A stretch of DNA of 47,900 nt from an uncultured Lachnospiraceae bacterium (GTDB lineage Bacteria; Bacillota; Clostridia; Lachnospirales; Lachnospiraceae), in contig CAJTZB010000001.1 in the NCBI GenBank assembly GCA_910583815.1, positions 1 to 47,900 on the forward strand. Reading direction: 5' to 3'. Under the pieces are notes generated by a model. It did not search any database, was not told the origin of the DNA, and saw nothing but the letters and a program-made list of their open reading frames with translations. Shown here piece after piece: positions 44,102 to 47,900 of this stretch. Numbering within the stretch: the first letter of the stretch is position 1; each line of letters starts with the position of its first letter. The position numbers and the translations under genes were made by a program.

Positions 44102-44770
44102 ATGAGAAGACGAATTGGAAATGTATTGTGGGGGATTTTCTTTTTGCTTGTAGGAATTGGGATTGCAGGAAATCTATTTGGGGCATGGCACTTTTCACTG
44201 TTCTTTCATGGGTGGTGGACGCTGTTTGTTATCATACCGAGTTTTATTAGCATTTTTTCTAATGGTCCAAGGATTGGGAATATGCTGGGGCTTATTATAG
44301 GGCTGCTTCTGCTTGGATGTGTCAGAGGCTACATGGAATGGGAGATGCTCTGGAAGTTAATTGTGCCGCTTGTGTTTATTGTTATTGGCCTTGGCATGGT
44401 GCTGCGGAACATTATCAATGTTGGGAGCAGGCGCGTGACAATACCGAGCGAAAGCAAAACTGCAGAAACGGTTGTTTTTTCTTCCAGACGGTTTGTTGTA
44501 GAAGATATATTTTATGGAATGGATGCTGATGCAATTTTTGGCGGAGTAACGATTGATTTGCGGCAGGCAAAGATTACGCAGGATATATCAATGAACCTGA
44601 CAGCAGTATTTGGGGGAGTGGATGTGCTTCTGCCGGCAGGAGCTAGGGCAGTAGTAAGCGATACCTCATTGTTTGGCGGCTGTAGTAACCACAGAAGAAA
44701 CGGCGATGATGGGGCAGTGATTGTTTACATCAATGCGATGGCATTGTTTGGTGGAGTAGAAGTCAAATAA
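44102..44770 (+). CDS. LiaF-like membrane protein (cell-wall-active antibiotic response, C-terminal beta domain)
   Basis: Four TM segments, then ...IFGGVTIDLRQAKI...TAVFGGVDVLLP...SLFGGCSN...ALFGGVEVK. GGGAGG lies 8 nt before ATG 44102. Confidence 0.65.
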   Translation: MRRRIGNVLWGIFFLLVGIGIAGNLFGAWHFSLFFHGWWTLFVIIPSFISIFSNGPRIGNMLGLIIGLLLLGCVRGYMEWEMLWKLIVPLVFIVIGLGMVLRNIINVGSRRVTIPSESKTAETVVFSSRRFVVEDIFYGMDADAIFGGVTIDLRQAKITQDISMNLTAVFGGVDVLLPAGARAVVSDTSLFGGCSNHRRNGDDGAVIVYINAMALFGGVEVK

Positions 44771-44820
44771 AACGCAATTTTGGTACAAAAAGAAAAGTTG
44801 CTCTATTATGGAGGATTGAG

Positions 44821-45789
44821 ATGAATAAAATAATTAAGTATATGGCAATTGTGTTTGCAGTTGCTTTATCCGTTGGGATTATTGGAAGCTGTGCAGTAAC
44901 TCTTGTTGCAATTGTGCAGGGGATCACAAAAAATGTAGATTTTGGTTCTGAGAATACCGAAGGTGCAGTATATCATGATGAGGACGGAAATTTAGTTATA
45001 TTTGGATTAAGGATTGGCGGCACCGAAGAAACAACAAGTTTTACAAAGACTTTTGAAGGAGAAGAAATCAGGAGTGTCAGCATTGATGTAGGAGCAGCAG
45101 ATATTATAATAAAAACAGGAGATAAATTTGAAGTTGCTGCAGAGAATGTACCAAAAAGCTACAAGGCGGAAGTAAAAGATGGTGTGCTGCTTGTCTATAA
45201 GGAATCACGGCCTTTCTTTCTTTTTTCTTTTGGATTTTTTGGACCAAAGCAAAAAGTTGTGATAACAGTACCGGAAGGGTTTGTGGCAGAGCAATTTTTG
45301 GTTGATAGCGGATCAGGAAAGATGGAGATTGATGGGATACATGCCGACAGACTTATATTGGATACCGGTTCCGGTTCCGTTTTCCTGTCTTGGATTACTT
45401 CCGGACATACCGATATTGACACGGGTTCTGGCAAAGTAGAGATACTGGATTCTAAGCTGGGAGTAACAAAGGTAAACAGCGGTTCGGGCTTGGTGATGTT
45501 TACGCGGGCAGATACAGAAAACTTTTCGATAGACAGTGGCTCCGGAAGGGTCAGCTATGAGGGAACCATGACCGGCAATTGCATTTTTGATACAGGAAGC
45601 GGCTCTGTCAGCGTTGTGCTGAATGCAAACGAAAAGGAGTACAATATTACGGCAGATATGGGGAGCGGGAATTTTTATCTGAACGGAAAGAAAATCAAGG
45701 ATGTAGATATTGAAAATGCAAGGGCAGAAAATAAGCTGCTGTTTGACTGTGGTTCTGGCAGAGTATCGCTGGAATTTACAAAAGAGTAG
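44821..45789 (+). CDS. DUF4097-type beta-strand-repeat protein (LiaG-like putative adhesin) with N-terminal TM
   Basis: Seven x-GSG-x-V/I repeats (DSGSGKMEI, DTGSGSVFL, DTGSGKVEI, NSGSGLVMF, DSGSGRVSY, DTGSGSVSV, DCGSGRVSL). Confidence 0.75.
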   Translation: MNKIIKYMAIVFAVALSVGIIGSCAVTLVAIVQGITKNVDFGSENTEGAVYHDEDGNLVIFGLRIGGTEETTSFTKTFEGEEIRSVSIDVGAADIIIKTGDKFEVAAENVPKSYKAEVKDGVLLVYKESRPFFLFSFGFFGPKQKVVITVPEGFVAEQFLVDSGSGKMEIDGIHADRLILDTGSGSVFLSWITSGHTDIDTGSGKVEILDSKLGVTKVNSGSGLVMFTRADTENFSIDSGSGRVSYEGTMTGNCIFDTGSGSVSVVLNANEKEYNITADMGSGNFYLNGKKIKDVDIENARAENKLLFDCGSGRVSLEFTKE

Positions 45790-45790
45790 A

Positions 45791-45812
45791 TAGCGTCGGT
45801 GTACCGGCGCTA
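45791..45812. repeat. palindromic-unit family, copy b (TAGCGTCGGTGTACCGGCGCTA)
   Basis: Near-palindrome located 2 nt after the DUF4097 stop and just upstream of the yccF-like RBS. Confidence 0.75.
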
Positions 45813-45828
45813 AAATAGGAGGAGAGAC

Positions 45829-46194
45829 ATGGGCTGTTTGGGAAATATCATATGGTTTCTGTTTGGTGGTGTTATTCTGGGTATAAGCTGGCTGATTGCC
45901 GGTATATTGTGGTGCATTACGATTATTGGGATTCCGGTCGGTTTGCAGTGTTTCAAGTTTGCGGGGCTTTGCTTTTTCCCATTCGGAAAGGAAATTGAGT
46001 ATTCCGTAGGCCCGGTGTCGCTTTTGGCAAATATTATTTGGCTGCTTGTCTCCGGTTTGCCGCTTGCAGTTGTGGCGTCTGTAATTGGCGTTGTGTTCTG
46101 CATTACGATTATTGGGATTCCGTTTGGCCTGCAGTGTTTTAAAATTGCAAAGCTTGCTTTGCTGCCGTTTGGAGCAACCGTACGGATACTCTGA
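45829..46194 (+). CDS. YccF-domain inner-membrane protein
   Basis: Duplicated GNIIWFLFGG...WCITIIGIPVGLQCFKFA / ANIIWLLVSG...FCITIIGIPFGLQCFKIA. Confidence 0.8.
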   Translation: MGCLGNIIWFLFGGVILGISWLIAGILWCITIIGIPVGLQCFKFAGLCFFPFGKEIEYSVGPVSLLANIIWLLVSGLPLAVVASVIGVVFCITIIGIPFGLQCFKIAKLALLPFGATVRIL

Positions 46195-46229
46195 TGTATA
46201 AAATTTCATAAATCGGTTTATGCTACCTC

Positions 46230-46263
46230 TAGCGTCGGTGTACAGAGACGTACATCGACGCTA
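46230..46263. repeat. palindromic-unit family, copy c (14-bp-stem hairpin)
   Basis: TAGCGTCGGTGTAC-AGAGAC-GTACATCGACGCTA, with one G-U pair. Confidence 0.8.
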
Positions 46264-46316
46264 TTCCTTACGATTGCAGAACGTGTGGTCGTCATAAGAA
46301 TGGAGGTAGTTTTTTC

Positions 46317-47738
46317 GTGCAGGAAAGTTTCTCAAAGGTCTTGGAAAGATATAATGAAGCGCTTCAGGTAGAGAAGAGCTTTGATGTGGTAAATCGAGAG
46401 TTTACAATGGGAGGGCGTCAGGCGTGCCTTTATTTTGTGGATGGCATGATAAAGGATGAGACAATGCAGAAACTGATGCAGCAGTTTATGGCATTGAAGC
46501 CGGAGGATATGCCTGCAACAGCAGATGAATTTTCGCAAAAATATATTTCTTATGTAGAGGTATCGCTGCTTGATACGGTCAGCATGGTGGTACGTAATGT
46601 GCTTTCCGGAGTACCATGCCTTATTGTGGAAGGTTATGTGATGGCAATTGCAGTGGATGCAAGAACCTATCCTTCCAGGGGCATTGACGAACCAGAAAAG
46701 GACAAAGTCATGCGTGGCTCAAGAGACGGCTTTGTTGAAACACTTGTATTTAATACGGCACTTATCAGGAGGCGTATCCGTGATCCAAAGCTTACAATGG
46801 AGTATTTATCGGCAGGAGATGTTTCCCATACAGATATTGTGCTTTGCTATATGAATGACCGGGTGGACCAGGGGTTTCTTGCAGAAATCCGGCGCAGGAT
46901 ACAAAAAATCAAGGTAGAATCCCTGACAATGAACCAACAGAGCCTTGCGGAGTGCCTGTATCATCATTCTTGGTTCAATCCGTTCCCGAAATTCAAGTTC
47001 TCGGAACGGCCGGATACGGCAGCGGCATCGGTGTTGGAAGGGGATATTGTGGTGCTTGTGGACAATTCTCCGGCAGCAATGATTTTGCCGACGACAATTT
47101 TTGATATAATAGAGGAAGCAGATGATTATTATTTTCCGCCGATTACCGGGACTTATCTGCGTCTTTCCAGATTTTTGGCAAATATTTTGGCGCTTGCACT
47201 GACACCGCTTTTTTTGCTTTTGATGGACTATCCGCATTGGATTCCGGCGGGTTTTGAATTTATTATGGTAAAAGAGCCGGTCAATGTGCCGGTTGTCTGG
47301 CAGTTTTTGATTTTAGAGTTTGCAATTGATGGTCTGAGGCTTGCGGCGCTCAATACGCCGAGTATGTTAAGCCTGCCGCTCAGTGTAATTGCCGCTTTGA
47401 TTATTGGAGATTTTGCAGTTGGTTCCGGCTGGTTCAATGCAGAACCAATGCTATATATGGCGTTTGTTGCACTGGCAAACTACACACAGGCAAGTTATGA
47501 GCTTGGTTATGCATTGAAGTTTATGAGGCTGATTACATTGGTGCTGACGGCATTGTTTGGCATATGGGGCTTTGGAGGAGGAATGCTGTTTGCACTGTTT
47601 TGTATCTGCACAAACCGCACAATCGCAGGAAAAAGCTATCTGTACCCTCTGATTCCTTTCAAATGGAGGCAGCTTGCACAAAGGCTGTTCCGTGTCAGCC
47701 TGAGAAAGAGCGAGGAAGCGCGGTGGAAGGAAAAGTAG
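46317..47738 (+). CDS. GerA-family spore germination protein (stand-alone A-subunit type, SpoVAF-like)
   Basis: ...CLIVEGY...IDEPEKDKVMRGSRDGFVETL..NTALIRRRIRDPKL...FPKFKFSERPD...ILPTTIFDIIEEADDYY plus C-terminal TM segments. GGAGG precedes GTG 46317. Confidence 0.8.
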   Translation: MQESFSKVLERYNEALQVEKSFDVVNREFTMGGRQACLYFVDGMIKDETMQKLMQQFMALKPEDMPATADEFSQKYISYVEVSLLDTVSMVVRNVLSGVPCLIVEGYVMAIAVDARTYPSRGIDEPEKDKVMRGSRDGFVETLVFNTALIRRRIRDPKLTMEYLSAGDVSHTDIVLCYMNDRVDQGFLAEIRRRIQKIKVESLTMNQQSLAECLYHHSWFNPFPKFKFSERPDTAAASVLEGDIVVLVDNSPAAMILPTTIFDIIEEADDYYFPPITGTYLRLSRFLANILALALTPLFLLLMDYPHWIPAGFEFIMVKEPVNVPVVWQFLILEFAIDGLRLAALNTPSMLSLPLSVIAALIIGDFAVGSGWFNAEPMLYMAFVALANYTQASYELGYALKFMRLITLVLTALFGIWGFGGGMLFALFCICTNRTIAGKSYLYPLIPFKWRQLAQRLFRVSLRKSEEARWKEK

Positions 47739-47782
47739 GCGCGAGATTGCATTTTATGCCATGTTGTGGTAAAATAGAACCA

Positions 47783-47826
47783 TAGCATCTGTACACCGAC
47801 GCTAGCATCGGTATGTGCCGGTGCCA
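47783..47826. repeat. palindromic-unit family, copy d (compound: overlapping forward and reverse arms)
   Basis: TAGCATCTGTACACCGACGCTAGCATCGGTATGTGCCGGTGCCA. It contains the exact 19-mer found at 40032. Confidence 0.75.
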
Positions 47827-47848
47827 GATATTGAGAAAGGGGTTTCAG

Positions 47849-47900
47849 TGTGAAGAATAAATTTTTCACACGGCGATTTGTGTCTGCGCGCTGCTTGCCA
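47849..47900 (+). CDS. start of an unidentified downstream gene (3' end outside window)
   Basis: GAAAGGGG, then GTG 47849, open to the window edge (VKNKFFTRRFVSARCLP). Confidence 0.3.

Noticed and set aside
45313-46209. 298-aa ORF on the minus strand
   Set aside because: It is entirely antisense to the DUF4097 and YccF genes, whose + strand translations have clear family signatures. Its own translation is low-complexity (R/N/Q/K/P-rich) with no motif and no RBS.
1-47900. Search for tRNA/rRNA genes, CRISPR arrays, transposases, integrases or recombinases, reverse transcriptases, restriction-modification or other known defence modules, and prophage genes
   Set aside because: No translation or nucleotide pattern in the window supports any of these. 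The accessory character of 3.3-15 kb therefore rests on gene content, composition and repeats, not on recognisable mobility genes.

Overview
This 47.9-kb chromosomal segment is gene-dense and mostly on the + strand. It reads like a spore-forming Firmicute of the Clostridia, Lachnospiraceae-like. That taxonomic call is inference from gene content, GGAGG ribosome-binding sites, and the T-box and L20-leader regulation. All protein calls come from motif recognition in the supplied translations; no database search was possible.

Core blocks:
- coaX-dusB-asd at 17.3-20.4 kb.
- T-box-controlled pheS-pheT at 27.7-31.7 kb.
- purE, then infC-rpmI-rplT behind an L20-type leader, at 39.4-41.6 kb.
- Sporulation-related genes: one SpoIID/LytB-like, one GerA/SpoVAF-like.
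- A PAS-GGDEF(degenerate)-EAL protein, a Big_2 surface protein, a GH43 lipoprotein, and a LiaF-like/DUF4097/YccF envelope cluster.

The one clearly accessory block is an ~11.6-kb ABC-transporter-dependent surface-glycopolymer locus at 3370-14957. It encodes:
- a GT4 and a GT2 glycosyltransferase;
- Wzm/Wzt-type exporter subunits;
- a 1035-aa fusion of GT2, a HAD-like domain and an unknown domain, plus a stand-alone paralogue of that unknown domain;
- an AT-rich 504-aa protein carrying the two sialyltransferase signature motifs (EDG and HP);
- an embedded XRE regulator;
- two CMP-sugar-synthetase paralogues.

The best candidate for something undescribed is this locus together with its two G9 homopolymer tracts. 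These are the only long G/C runs I saw in the window, and each sits at the 5' end of a glycan gene. One tract separates a strong RBS/ATG from the 1035-aa ORF by exactly one frame, which looks like an OFF state. The other is in frame inside a cytidylyltransferase, which looks like an ON state. Together they suggest combinatorial slipped-strand phase variation of a possibly ulosonic-acid-decorated wall glycan.

The intergenic DNA separately carries four families of small structured repeats:
- a 120-bp MITE-like element with 17-bp terminal inverted repeats and a 7-bp target duplication;
- a 70-bp three-hairpin element in two inverted copies;
- a GC-rich palindromic unit (TAGCGTCGGTGTAC) in five spacers between 40 and 47.9 kb;
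- a GGGTGTCAAAA hairpin, one copy of which is inserted in the pheS leader and flanked by 8-bp direct repeats.

I saw no tRNA, rRNA, CRISPR array, transposase, integrase or recognisable defence gene.
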